From assembly GCA_035553375.1 (NCBI GenBank), contig DATNCY010000318.1, forward strand, positions 698 through 64,697: a stretch of 64,000 nucleotides of DNA. Reading direction: 5' to 3'. The DNA comes from Gemmataceae bacterium (GTDB lineage: Bacteria; Planctomycetota; Planctomycetia; Gemmatales; Gemmataceae). The translations under genes and the position numbers were made by a program. Below, one piece after another: positions 8,381 to 17,893 of the stretch. The notes below the pieces were generated by a model. That model did not search any database and was not told the DNA's origin. It saw nothing but the letters and a program-made list of their open reading frames with translations. Every line of letters begins with the position of its first letter. Position 1 is the first letter of the stretch.

Positions 8381-11300
8381 ATGGCCGCTACCGATCAAAC
8401 CTACCGCAAGCAAAAGACGCTGGATATTGTCTTCGCGGTTTCCTGTATTCTGATGCTGCTAAGCACCTTCTGGATGTTCTGGCAGGATTACGACCGGCAA
8501 TTCAAGCACGTTCAGCGCGACTTCCGCGATGTGGAAGAGGCCATGAACGAGCATCAGATGATCGCGCAATTGCCCTCCAAGGAGGAGGTCGAGGCCAAGC
8601 GGAAGGCGATCGCGGACGCCAAGCAGACTTACGAATCCGAACACGACAAGCTGCGGCCGCGCGAACGCGAGTTGATGGCTTTGCACGATCGCAAGGACAA
8701 CGAATATCGCGGTATCAAGGCTGATTTCGACTCCAAAATGAGTCTCTATAACATCGCCGTCGAACACGTCGGCAAGGAGACCAACGCCGACCTGAAGAAA
8801 GCGCCGCAGAAGGAAGCCGATGACTTGCGGAAAGAACTTTTCGATCCGCAAACGGGGCTGCAAAAGCAACTCACCGACGCTCAGGATGCGCTGGACAAGA
8901 TCGATCAGCAGATCAAGAAAGACGTGACGCAGCCGCTCGATGGGCCGCAACAGGCGGTCAACCAGGCGGAGGACAATCTCAAGAAACTGACAGCGTCGTT
9001 CGATCGCTTGGCCAAGGTGACTTCGCAAAAACGCTGGAAATTCGGCGATCTCTTCCGCACGCTGCCCATTCTCGACGCTTTTGAATCGCCGACCAAGATC
9101 AAACAGCTTTGGCTGCCCGATTTGACCATCGATTACGGTGGATTCAAGGATGTGCCGCGCTACGATCGTTGCATCTCCTGCCACCTCGGTATCGAACGCG
9201 GCAGCTTCGATCACGCCACGCTAACCCGCCTCACCCGCACGCCGGACATCATTTCGGCGGACATCAACAAGGCTCAGGCGCGTAAGAAGGAACTGGAAAG
9301 CAAGGACGGTTCGGAAGAGGACATCAAGCGCGTCGATAACACAATTCAGAAACTTGAAAAAGAGCGCGATCGCGCCAACGGCATGAAGGCTCGGCTCGAT
9401 CAGGCACGCGATATTCTGATGGCGCGGAAGAATGCGGGGGAAAACCTTGGCTTCGATCCGAGCGATTTGCCGGACAAGGTCAAATGGCTGAATATGACGC
9501 CGGGACAAATCACCCAGTACGCCGCCCATCCACGGCTCGATTTGTTCGTCGATGCCAATAGTCCGCATTCGATGGAGAAATTCGGCTGCACCATTTGCCA
9601 TCAGGGACAGGGCAGCGCCACCGATTTCCTGCTGTCCGCACACACGCCGGCCGACGCCAGGCAGGAAGAGGAATGGCACAAGGAGTACGGTTGGGCGCAC
9701 AGTCATTATTGGGATTTCCCTATGCTGTCCAGCCGATTCACCGAGTCGAGCTGTCTCAAATGCCATCACGAAGTAACGGATCTTATTCGTCACGGCAGCA
9801 AGGAAGAAGCGCCCAAGCTGCTGCGCGGCTATAATCTGGTGCGCGAGAACGGCTGCTTCGGCTGTCACGAAATCTCGGCCTTCAAGGCTGGTCGCGAGGT
9901 CGGGCCGGATCTGCGGCTGGAGCCGCAACCGGCGCTGGAGTATTTGACGCCGTCGGAACAGGACAAGGCGAAATCTGATCCGCTCAATCTACCGGGCGCA
10001 TACCGCAAAGTTGGGCCAAGCCTGCGACGCATCGCCGAGAAGACCAATCAGGATTGGGTGCGCAAGTGGATTCAGTCGCCGCGCGGCTTCCGGCCGGATA
10101 CGAAGATGCCGCATTTCTTCGGGCTGAGCAACAACAGCAAGGAGGCGCTGCCGGAGGAGCAGCAGAAGTTCCCCGATGCGGAAATCGCCGGCATCGCCTA
10201 TTACCTGATGGCCGAGAGCAAGGGTAATCTCGAAAGCGATACGACGAAAAAGGACAACGCCCGCAAGGTTCTCGAAAGCCGGATCGCGGATTTGCAGAAA
10301 GTACTCAAGGGCGATCTGCTGCAAGATCGCGATTGGAAGGAACTGACGGATGCGTGCCGCCGTTTGGCCGATCTCGGTTTGATGTCGGTTCCCGCGCAGG
10401 CGAACGAAATCAATCACCTCCTCACTCGGCAGCGGCAGTTGCAAGACCGCATGCAGGAGTTGCGCAAGCGCGAAGCGGCCCTCAAAGCCAAGCCGGAAGC
10501 CGAAGAACTCAGCGCCGACGAAAACAAGGAACTGAGTCAGGCGGGAGGGGAACTCGACAAGGTGACGAAGGATTTGATTGACGCCGGCCAGATTACGCCG
10601 CTGGCGAAACGAATCACCGATGAGGAAGGCAAAACCGTTGATGTGCCCAAGAAGGGCGATGCGGCCAAAGGTCGCAAGCTGTTCACCGAAAAAGGCTGCA
10701 TGGCCTGTCATAGTCACGAAGGCACAACGAAAGCGGGCGATGGCGTCGGCGTGGTGCAGGGCGAGGCGAACTTTGGGCCGAACCTCAGCCGGCTCGCCGC
10801 CAAGATCGCGCCCGAGATCGCCGCCAAGGGCGAGTTGGAAGAGGCGAAACGTCGCTGGATCGTGCAATGGGTGTTGAATCCCACGATCTATCATCCACGG
10901 ACGCGCATGCCCATCACGCATCTGTCGCCGGAAGACGCCGGCAACGTGGCGGAATGGCTGCTGAGCCAAAGGGTGACAGACTGGGAAGACAAGGGACCGG
11001 AAGAGCCGAAGGCGATGGATCTGGTCTCCCTGGCTCGTCTCTATCTCGGCAAGGCACCCGGTTTCACACGGCTGGATGTAGAGAATTTCCTGCCGCCGAA
11101 CACGGGCGAGTTGCCCGGCATCCCGGATGATCGCCTGGGCAACTTGCCGCCCGATTCCGATGAGCGGAAGTTGAACGGCCCGATCAAGGACGACGCGGAA
11201 GGACAGGCGAAACTCAAGTGGTACATCGGCCGCAAAGCTATCAATCGCCTGGGCTGCTTCGGTTGCCACGATGTGCCCGGTTTTGAGACGGCCAAGCCGA

Positions 11301-13129
11301 TCGGCACAGCCCTGAACGATTGGGGCAAGAAGGACGCCGACCGTATTGCGTTTGAGGATGCCGACATCTTCATCCGCGATAACTATAACGTCGTCCCTGT
11401 GCGCAACAATCCCGACGACAAGAGCAAGCCGGCTGCGGACTGGCACGCCAAGGACGGGAAGCAACCTTACGAAAAGCTCTACGCCGAGGCGGTCAATCAC
11501 CATCGGCGCGAGGGGTTCCTGCATCAGAAACTCGTGGAACCGCGCAGTTTCGATTTCCACCGCATTCGCACCTGGGACGATCGGCTACGTATGCCGCAGT
11601 TCCGCTTTGCTCGCACCACGCGACACAAGAACGAAAGCGATGAGGCGTTCCACGCGCGCCAGGAGTTTGAGGAGGCGGAAGCGCGCGAAGCGGTGATGAC
11701 GTTCATCCTCGGTCTGGTCGCCGAGCCGATGCCGCTGAAATATCTCAATCGTCCCGCACCGGATCGCTTGGCCGAAGTCAAGGGACATCAGGTGTTGGAG
11801 AAATTCAACTGCTCCGGTTGTCATCAGATTCGGCCCGGCGTCTACGAGTTCAAGACGAGCGACGAAGGGCTGACGTTCTTGCAGGAAGCCTACAAGTCGA
11901 GCAGCAGCAGTTTCAAGAAAGACCACGTTTTTCCCGGTCATAATGCCTGGGTTGGCGCACCCCAAACATCAGCCGATCGGCTCACGGTGTTTGGCACCCA
12001 TCCCAAGATGGACGATACCTCCTACGAGGATCGCCGAATGTTGGTGGTGCGTCTGACAGATGCCCTGCGTTTCACCGGCACGGATCGCGTAACGCGCAAC
12101 CTGCCGGCGGCCAGCGTGGTACCGATCATCCCCGAAAGCCTGACTGTGCGGGCTGACCCGTGGGGCGGTACCTTCACCGAGTTGATGACCGGGTACATGA
12201 AGCCGCGCGAGGCCGATCCGGACAAGGCGCGGTCGATGCTGCCGCCGCCCTTGATCCGCGAGGGCGAACGGGTGCAACCGAACTGGCTGTATGGCTTCCT
12301 TCTCAATCCGCCGCCGGTTCGCCCGACGAACTACATGATGCTGCGCATGCCGAAGTTCAACATGAGCAGCGAAGATGCTCGCGCTCTGGTGAACTATTTC
12401 AGCGGCGTGTCACGGCTTACCAATCCCGGTTCCGGCGTCACGTCGGAATATGTGGATGTTCATCAGCACGATGAAGCCTACTGGCAGGCCCGTACCCGCG
12501 AATACATCAAGCGGCTCAAGGGCGACAAGAAGTACGACGAGCGCGTCAAGCAGATGGAACCCGTGTGGCAGGACGCGCTCAAACGGCAAATCGCCGAGGC
12601 CGAGGCCGGCTTGGACGCGGCGAAACAAGCCGTCAAGGACGCCCCGGAAGGCGAGCCGCGCAAGCAGAAACAGCAGGATGTGGACGCTCGCGAGGCCAAC
12701 ATCAAGAAGTGGAAAGAGGAACTCGACAAGAAGAATTACGACCGCCTGCGCAAGCATTGGGATGAAAAGGGAGCCTATGCCAGCGATGCGTATCGTCTGG
12801 TGACGGATCGCAATCTGTGCTTGCAGTGTCACAGCGTCGGCGATGTGTCGGCGGCCTTGCCGCAGGGACCGAACCTGGATCTGACGGCGCAGCGATTGCG
12901 GCCGGAGTGGGTTCGGCAGTGGATCGCCAATCCGGATCGTTTGTTCGGCTACAAACCGGCCATGCCGCAGAATTTCCCCAACGATTCGCTAGAATATCAA
13001 AATGTCTTTCTCGGCAGACCGCTCGATCAGGTGACTGCCGTGCGTGATGTTTTGATGGCTTTGCCGCGCGTGGCCGACATGCCGGGCAATCGCTCGCGGG
13101 CGCCCGTCGCGGCCGGAGGAACCAAGTGA
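8381..13129 (+). CDS. Very large membrane-anchored multihaem c-type cytochrome (eight CXXCH motifs) with coiled-coil-like Lys/Glu-rich segments
   Basis: N-terminal TM helix. CXXCH motifs read directly: CISCH, CTICH, CLKCH, CFGCH, CMACH, CFGCH, CSGCH, CLQCH. Lies immediately downstream of the Rieske and cyt b genes. Confidence 0.85.
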   Translation: MAATDQTYRKQKTLDIVFAVSCILMLLSTFWMFWQDYDRQFKHVQRDFRDVEEAMNEHQMIAQLPSKEEVEAKRKAIADAKQTYESEHDKLRPRERELMALHDRKDNEYRGIKADFDSKMSLYNIAVEHVGKETNADLKKAPQKEADDLRKELFDPQTGLQKQLTDAQDALDKIDQQIKKDVTQPLDGPQQAVNQAEDNLKKLTASFDRLAKVTSQKRWKFGDLFRTLPILDAFESPTKIKQLWLPDLTIDYGGFKDVPRYDRCISCHLGIERGSFDHATLTRLTRTPDIISADINKAQARKKELESKDGSEEDIKRVDNTIQKLEKERDRANGMKARLDQARDILMARKNAGENLGFDPSDLPDKVKWLNMTPGQITQYAAHPRLDLFVDANSPHSMEKFGCTICHQGQGSATDFLLSAHTPADARQEEEWHKEYGWAHSHYWDFPMLSSRFTESSCLKCHHEVTDLIRHGSKEEAPKLLRGYNLVRENGCFGCHEISAFKAGREVGPDLRLEPQPALEYLTPSEQDKAKSDPLNLPGAYRKVGPSLRRIAEKTNQDWVRKWIQSPRGFRPDTKMPHFFGLSNNSKEALPEEQQKFPDAEIAGIAYYLMAESKGNLESDTTKKDNARKVLESRIADLQKVLKGDLLQDRDWKELTDACRRLADLGLMSVPAQANEINHLLTRQRQLQDRMQELRKREAALKAKPEAEELSADENKELSQAGGELDKVTKDLIDAGQITPLAKRITDEEGKTVDVPKKGDAAKGRKLFTEKGCMACHSHEGTTKAGDGVGVVQGEANFGPNLSRLAAKIAPEIAAKGELEEAKRRWIVQWVLNPTIYHPRTRMPITHLSPEDAGNVAEWLLSQRVTDWEDKGPEEPKAMDLVSLARLYLGKAPGFTRLDVENFLPPNTGELPGIPDDRLGNLPPDSDERKLNGPIKDDAEGQAKLKWYIGRKAINRLGCFGCHDVPGFETAKPIGTALNDWGKKDADRIAFEDADIFIRDNYNVVPVRNNPDDKSKPAADWHAKDGKQPYEKLYAEAVNHHRREGFLHQKLVEPRSFDFHRIRTWDDRLRMPQFRFARTTRHKNESDEAFHARQEFEEAEAREAVMTFILGLVAEPMPLKYLNRPAPDRLAEVKGHQVLEKFNCSGCHQIRPGVYEFKTSDEGLTFLQEAYKSSSSSFKKDHVFPGHNAWVGAPQTSADRLTVFGTHPKMDDTSYEDRRMLVVRLTDALRFTGTDRVTRNLPAASVVPIIPESLTVRADPWGGTFTELMTGYMKPREADPDKARSMLPPPLIREGERVQPNWLYGFLLNPPPVRPTNYMMLRMPKFNMSSEDARALVNYFSGVSRLTNPGSGVTSEYVDVHQHDEAYWQARTREYIKRLKGDKKYDERVKQMEPVWQDALKRQIAEAEAGLDAAKQAVKDAPEGEPRKQKQQDVDAREANIKKWKEELDKKNYDRLRKHWDEKGAYASDAYRLVTDRNLCLQCHSVGDVSAALPQGPNLDLTAQRLRPEWVRQWIANPDRLFGYKPAMPQNFPNDSLEYQNVFLGRPLDQVTAVRDVLMALPRVADMPGNRSRAPVAAGGTK

Positions 13130-13923
13130 TGCACCTGGGGAATAAGAAGGGGATTTCGCTGGCACTGACCGCCGCACTTGTGCTGAGTGCCGCGACAGTA
13201 GTTCACGCGGCAGGCTGGGGCACGATCAAAGGACAAGTGGTATGGGATGGCGGCGCGGTTCCCAAACCCGTCGAAATCAAAGTCGATAAGGACAAGGATC
13301 ACTGTCTGAGCAAGGGGGCGATCTACAAGGAAGATAATACCTTCGTGGTCAACCCCAAGAACAAGGGCGTGCGTTGGGCCGTCGTTTACCTGATGAGCGA
13401 GGAAGGGTTCAGCAAGCCGATTCCGATTCATCCAGCGCTCAAGAACTTCAAGAAAGTCGTCGAGGTGGATCAGCCTTGCTGCAAGTTCGAGCCGCACGTT
13501 TTAGCTCTGCAAGAAGGCCAGACCTTGCTGGTCAAGAACTCCGCCCCCATCGTGCATAACGTGAACGTCCAGGGCGGCACTCTTGGGCCGAGTGTGAATC
13601 CGATTCTGCCAGCCGGCCGCTCGCTCAAACTCGATGACATCAAGGCTCGGCAGTTGCCCATCTCGATTTCCTGTAGCATTCACGGCTGGATGGCGGGCAA
13701 GGTTTTCGTCCTCAAGAATCCCTACTTCGCCGTGACGGACGAAGACGGCAAGTTTGAGATCAAGAACGCCCCGGCCGGTAAGTTTCGCCTCGTCATCTGG
13801 CAAGAAGGTATGGGCTGGGTGGTCGGCGATAAGGGCCCGAGCAAGAAGGGCAAGTCGATCACGATCAAGGCGGGTGCGACGAACGATCTGGGCAAGATCC
13901 CCGTGAAGCCGTCGAAGGATTGA
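13129..13923 (+). CDS. Secreted cupredoxin-like protein with C-terminal carboxypeptidase-regulatory-like beta domain
   Basis: Signal peptide. Putative type-1 Cu ligands IVHNV ... CSIHGWM (C-x2-H-x2-M). C-terminal DEDGKFEIKNAPAGKFRLVIW. The ATG overlaps the upstream stop codon (TGATG). Confidence 0.6.
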   Translation: MHLGNKKGISLALTAALVLSAATVVHAAGWGTIKGQVVWDGGAVPKPVEIKVDKDKDHCLSKGAIYKEDNTFVVNPKNKGVRWAVVYLMSEEGFSKPIPIHPALKNFKKVVEVDQPCCKFEPHVLALQEGQTLLVKNSAPIVHNVNVQGGTLGPSVNPILPAGRSLKLDDIKARQLPISISCSIHGWMAGKVFVLKNPYFAVTDEDGKFEIKNAPAGKFRLVIWQEGMGWVVGDKGPSKKGKSITIKAGATNDLGKIPVKPSKD

Positions 13924-13941
13924 TTGTGAAGTCACGGTTTT

Positions 13942-13992
13942 ACCAGCCCGCAGCGCCAGTAAGGGAATTCCTTGCTGGCGTCGCGGGCTGGT
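13942..13992. repeat. REP-A palindrome copy 2 (slightly degenerate)
   Basis: ACCAGCCCGCAGCGCCAGTAAGGGA ... CCTTGCTGGCGTCGCGGGCTGGT, 19 nt after the stop at 13923. Confidence 0.9.
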
Positions 13993-14018
13993 AAACCATT
14001 TATGCAACCTGGAGGTAT

Positions 14019-14984
14019 ATGATGCGTCGATTTCAATTAGGGCTTGCGATGTTCGCATTGCCTGTGCTGGCCTGCTCTCTCTTCCTCGCTGGCTGTAGCA
14101 AGGAAGAGAAAAAGGACAATACGAACACGAAGACCGAACAAGACCCGACGAAAACGGCCGGTCCCCTGAAAGCTCTGGAGCCCAAGGGCGGTGTCGTCAA
14201 AGGCAAGATCACGCTGAAAGGCTCGCCGGATGTGGAGGCACTGACGAAGGCTCTCAAGGCGAAGATCGAGGCCAAGGCCGACAGTAAGGATTATTGCCTG
14301 AAATGCGCCGATACCGAGAAGACGGAGCAGGAGTATCGCATCGGCGATAACAAGCAACTGGGTAACGTATTCGTGTGGATCAAACCGGACACGGGGACGT
14401 TCTTCAAGGTCGATGAAAAGCAACTGGCGCACGCGAAGGATCATCCGGTGGAGATCCGTCAGCCGCATTGCGCCTTCATTCCCCATGCCGCGATCCTCTT
14501 TTCGCAATATCATCCCGATCCCGCTAAGCCGCGCTCGGAGAAACCGACCGGACAGGTACTTAAAATCATCAACGATGCGGAGATCAGCCACAACACCAAC
14601 TGGAAGGGCGGCTCCAAGAACGCCGGCGATAACGTCACGCTGCCAAAAGAATCGAAACCGCGCGTCGTCGATAACCTCGTTCCCGACTCGACTCCGGTGA
14701 CGTTCGTCTGCAACATCCACGGCTGGATGGACGCCCACCTGATGGTCGTCGATACGCCTTACTACGCCATTAGCCTCTCCGACACGCTCGACAAGAACAA
14801 GGTCGAAAAGAGCAGTGATAAGTTCGGCACCTTTGAGATCAAGAATCTGCCCGTCGGGAAGGTGCGCATCCTGGCTTGGCATGAAAAAGCCGGCTGGCTC
14901 AACAAGGGTGAGGGCAAGGGGCAAGAAATCACAATCGAGGAAGGCAAGCCGCTAGACTTGGAATTCACGGCGACCGCGAAGTAA
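14019..14984 (+). CDS. Cupredoxin-like lipoprotein, paralogue of the preceding gene
   Basis: Lipobox LFLAGC. Putative ligands ISHNTN ... CNIHGWM. C-terminal FGTFEIKNLPVGKVRILAW. GGAGG lies just upstream of ATG 14019/14022. Confidence 0.6.
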   Translation: MMRRFQLGLAMFALPVLACSLFLAGCSKEEKKDNTNTKTEQDPTKTAGPLKALEPKGGVVKGKITLKGSPDVEALTKALKAKIEAKADSKDYCLKCADTEKTEQEYRIGDNKQLGNVFVWIKPDTGTFFKVDEKQLAHAKDHPVEIRQPHCAFIPHAAILFSQYHPDPAKPRSEKPTGQVLKIINDAEISHNTNWKGGSKNAGDNVTLPKESKPRVVDNLVPDSTPVTFVCNIHGWMDAHLMVVDTPYYAISLSDTLDKNKVEKSSDKFGTFEIKNLPVGKVRILAWHEKAGWLNKGEGKGQEITIEEGKPLDLEFTATAK

Positions 14985-14998
14985 GTTGCGAGTAGGCT

Positions 14999-15063
14999 CC
15001 GACAAGCCCAGAGCGCCAGCGACGGGATGAAGAACCCCGTCGCTGGCGCTCTGGGCTTGTCGG
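14999..15063. repeat. REP-A variant (GCGCCAGCGACGGG core), 28-bp perfect arms
   Basis: CCGACAAGCCCAGAGCGCCAGCGACGGG / CCCGTCGCTGGCGCTCTGGGCTTGTCGG, between convergent stops 14984 and 15076. Confidence 0.95.
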
Positions 15064-15075
15064 GCATGAGATCGT

Positions 15076-16749
15076 TTACGTAGCGGTTAAGGCCGCCCGC
15101 GCGCGGGCGGCCTCAGCTTTTTTTCGCACTTCACGCCGCTTCAGGCTCGCCTCCACGAAACTACGGAACAGCGGATGTGCCTGCGTCGGCTTCGATCGAA
15201 ACTCCGGATGACACTGCACGGCCACGAACCACGGATGATCCGGCAATTCAATCATCTCAACCAGTTTACCATCCGGGCTGGTACCGGAGAAAACCAACCC
15301 GTGAGCAGCGAACTGCTGGCGATACTGATTGTTGAACTCGTAGCGATGGCGATGACGTTCCTTGACCAATTCACTGGCGTAGATGGCACGGACGCGGCTG
15401 CCCTCCGCCAGATGGCAAGGCCAACTGCCTAGCCGCATGGTGCCGCCGAGATCCGTGATGGTGAACTGGGCATCGAGCAGACAGACGACGGGATGTTGGC
15501 ACTTGGGATCCATCTCCGTCGAGTTGGCGTCCTCAAGGCCAACCACATTGCGGGCGAACTCGATCACGGCCGCCTGTAAGCCGAGACAGATACCGAAGAA
15601 GGGCACTTGCCGCTCGCGGGCAAAGCGGATGGCTTCGACCTTGCCGCCGACGCCGCGATAGTTGAAGCCGCCCGGCACGAGGATGCCATCGACGCCGCCC
15701 AGCACGCGCTCGGCCCCCTCGCGCTCGACCTCCTCCGCCTCAATCCGCCGTATCACCACGCGCGAGGCCAGGGCGATGCCGGCGTGATCCAGCGATTCAT
15801 AAACGGATTTGTACGCATCCTGATGCTTGATATATTTGCCGACCACGGCAATCGTCGTCTCGTGCGTCGGATTGATGATGCGATGTACCAGCGTGCGCCA
15901 GCCGTTCATGTCCAACTCTTGCGCGCGCAGGCCGAGTTTCTCGACGATCAATTCGTCCAGGCGGTTTTCGACCAGGCTGAGCGGCACCTCGTAAATGCTG
16001 AACGCTTTATCGCGTTCCTCAATGACGGCACGCGGTTCGACGTTGCAAAACAAGGCGATCTTGTCGGCCGCATCCTTGCCCAGCTCGCGCTCGGTGCGGC
16101 AAATGAGAATGTCGGGCTGAATGCCGATTTGCCGCAGCCGTTCGACGGAATGCTGGGTTGGCTTGGTTTTGGCCTCGCCGGCGGCCTTGAGGTAAGGAAT
16201 CAGCGTCAGGTGAATATATAGACAATTGCTCTTGCCTATGTCGAGGGCGAATTGGCGGATCGCTTCGAGGAAGGGTAGTCCCTCAATGTCGCCGACCGTG
16301 CCCCCAATCTCGGTGATGACCACATCCACGTCGCCGGTGGCCAGCTTGCGCACCGCCGCCTTAATTTCGTCGGTGACGTGTGGGATAACCTGCACCGTCT
16401 GGCCCTTGTAGGCGCCGCGCCGTTCCTTCTTGATGACCGATTCGTAAATGCGTCCGGTGGTGTAATTGCAATCGCGCGTCAGAGGGGCGTTGGTGAAACG
16501 CTCGTAGTGGCCGAGGTCGAGATCGGTTTCGGTGCCGTCGTCGAGGACGTAGACCTCACCGTGTTGGTAAGGGTCCATCGTACCGGGATCGACGTTGATA
16601 TAGGGGTCGAACTTTTGCAAGCGGACGCGCAAGCCGCGATGCTCCAGCAGCATGCCGATGGAAGCGGAAGTCAGCCCCTTGCCGAGAGAACTGACTACGC
16701 CGCCGGTGACGAAAATGTGCTTGGTTTGCTTGGTGGCGGATGCCGTCAT
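15076..16749 (-). CDS. pyrG: CTP synthase
   Basis: [17 protein letters not shown]-terminus and a glutamine amidotransferase domain with GICLG and HRHRYE. Start trimmed to ATG 16749 from the longer track ORF. Confidence 0.95.
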   Translation of the reverse strand: MTASATKQTKHIFVTGGVVSSLGKGLTSASIGMLLEHRGLRVRLQKFDPYINVDPGTMDPYQHGEVYVLDDGTETDLDLGHYERFTNAPLTRDCNYTTGRIYESVIKKERRGAYKGQTVQVIPHVTDEIKAAVRKLATGDVDVVITEIGGTVGDIEGLPFLEAIRQFALDIGKSNCLYIHLTLIPYLKAAGEAKTKPTQHSVERLRQIGIQPDILICRTERELGKDAADKIALFCNVEPRAVIEERDKAFSIYEVPLSLVENRLDELIVEKLGLRAQELDMNGWRTLVHRIINPTHETTIAVVGKYIKHQDAYKSVYESLDHAGIALASRVVIRRIEAEEVEREGAERVLGGVDGILVPGGFNYRGVGGKVEAIRFARERQVPFFGICLGLQAAVIEFARNVVGLEDANSTEMDPKCQHPVVCLLDAQFTITDLGGTMRLGSWPCHLAEGSRVRAIYASELVKERHRHRYEFNNQYRQQFAAHGLVFSGTSPDGKLVEMIELPDHPWFVAVQCHPEFRSKPTQAHPLFRSFVEASLKRREVRKKAEAARARAALTAT

Positions 16750-16899
16750 GGTATCTCTTGTGAGCCGGTGGATCAAATCATATAGCCCCCAGCTTGCTGG
16801 GGACGCGATCTGCCCCCCCGGCAAGCCGGGGGCTATATGTACGCAATGATACCCAATCGACGCTCGTTTGTCAGGGACAGCCGGCCGCGAGAAGATCAT

Positions 16900-17661
16900 T
16901 CAGGCGGCATGGCGGGTCTGTCTGTGGCGATAAGCCGCGACAAAGCGTTCGTAATCGTCGTAGGTATCGACGCCAAAACCGCTCTGTTCGACAACGCCGA
17001 CCTGGATGGGATGCCTCAGAGCGAGGACGCGGAGCTGTTCGAGTTTTTCCAATTGCTCCAAGGGTTCGGGCGGCAGGGCCGCCAGGCGCAGCAGGAAGGG
17101 GCGGCGATAAGCATACAATCCGACGTGAAGGAGGAACCGCGCCGGACGCAACGTAAAATCGGGCTGACCATCGCGGACGTAAGGTATGGGACTGCGGCTG
17201 AAGTACAGCGCCCGGCCGGCGGCGTCGCAGACGACCTTGACGCAGTGCGGACTCTGCCATTGCTCCCGCGTGTGCAACGGCGTCGCCAGCGTCGCCATGT
17301 CCGAATCCGGGTGCGAAAGCAGTTGTTCGATCAACAGATCGAGAGTGGCCGGTTCGATCAGCGGTTCATCGCCCTGAAGATTGACAATCAAGTCGGCATC
17401 GAGCTGGCCGGCGACCTCGGCGACGCGATCGGTACCGGTGGGATGATCGCGACGAGTGCGAACGACGCGACCGCCGAAGCTCTCGACAGCGGAGACGATG
17501 CGGGAATCGTCCGTGGCGACAACGACAAGGTTGGCGTGCTTGGCCTGGCAAGCGCGTTCGTAGACGTGCTGCACGAGATATTTGCCGGTCTGCCGGAGCA
17601 GCGGTTTGCCGGGTAGACGAGTTGAGGCGTAGCGAGCGGGGATGACGATGGCGGTTTTCAT
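16900..17661 (-). CDS. kdsB: 3-deoxy-manno-octulosonate cytidylyltransferase
   Basis: MKTAIVIPARYASTRLPGKPLL N-terminus, LQGDEPL, and full-length KdsB-like architecture. Lies directly upstream of pyrG. Confidence 0.9.
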   Translation of the reverse strand: MKTAIVIPARYASTRLPGKPLLRQTGKYLVQHVYERACQAKHANLVVVATDDSRIVSAVESFGGRVVRTRRDHPTGTDRVAEVAGQLDADLIVNLQGDEPLIEPATLDLLIEQLLSHPDSDMATLATPLHTREQWQSPHCVKVVCDAAGRALYFSRSPIPYVRDGQPDFTLRPARFLLHVGLYAYRRPFLLRLAALPPEPLEQLEKLEQLRVLALRHPIQVGVVEQSGFGVDTYDDYERFVAAYRHRQTRHAA

Positions 17662-17687
17662 GCGGACCTCCTTGTCCTGGCTGGGGA

Positions 17688-17750
17688 GAGCTTAGTATCG
17701 TTTACGTTTCGCCGACACGGATTTGGCGAAACGTAAACGATATTAGGCTC
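17688..17750. repeat. REP-C palindrome copy 1 (GTTTACGTTTCGC core)
   Basis: ATCGTTTACGTTTCGCC / GGCGAAACGTAAACGAT 17-bp arms, in the divergent kdsB-alaS intergenic region. Confidence 0.9.
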
Positions 17751-17893
17751 TCGCCGGGCGTTTGCCGAACTCCGACACCAGATTAGACCTTCCCTCGGTC
17801 CGGCTGACAAGACCGCTCGGCGTTGACGGCGGCAGCGTTAGGTTGGAGAATAATCGAACTCTGTTCACTGAGGACGTTTATCGAGAAGCATTC

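Noticed and set aside
9989-11560. 523-aa minus-strand ORF, and similar long ORFs at 44704-46221, 24951-26171, 14037-14924, 31479-32510 and 6034-6960.
   Set aside because: They run antisense or out of frame to genes with clear family signatures. They have Arg/Ala/Gly-rich composition typical of spurious frames in high-GC DNA, and they carry no recognisable motifs.
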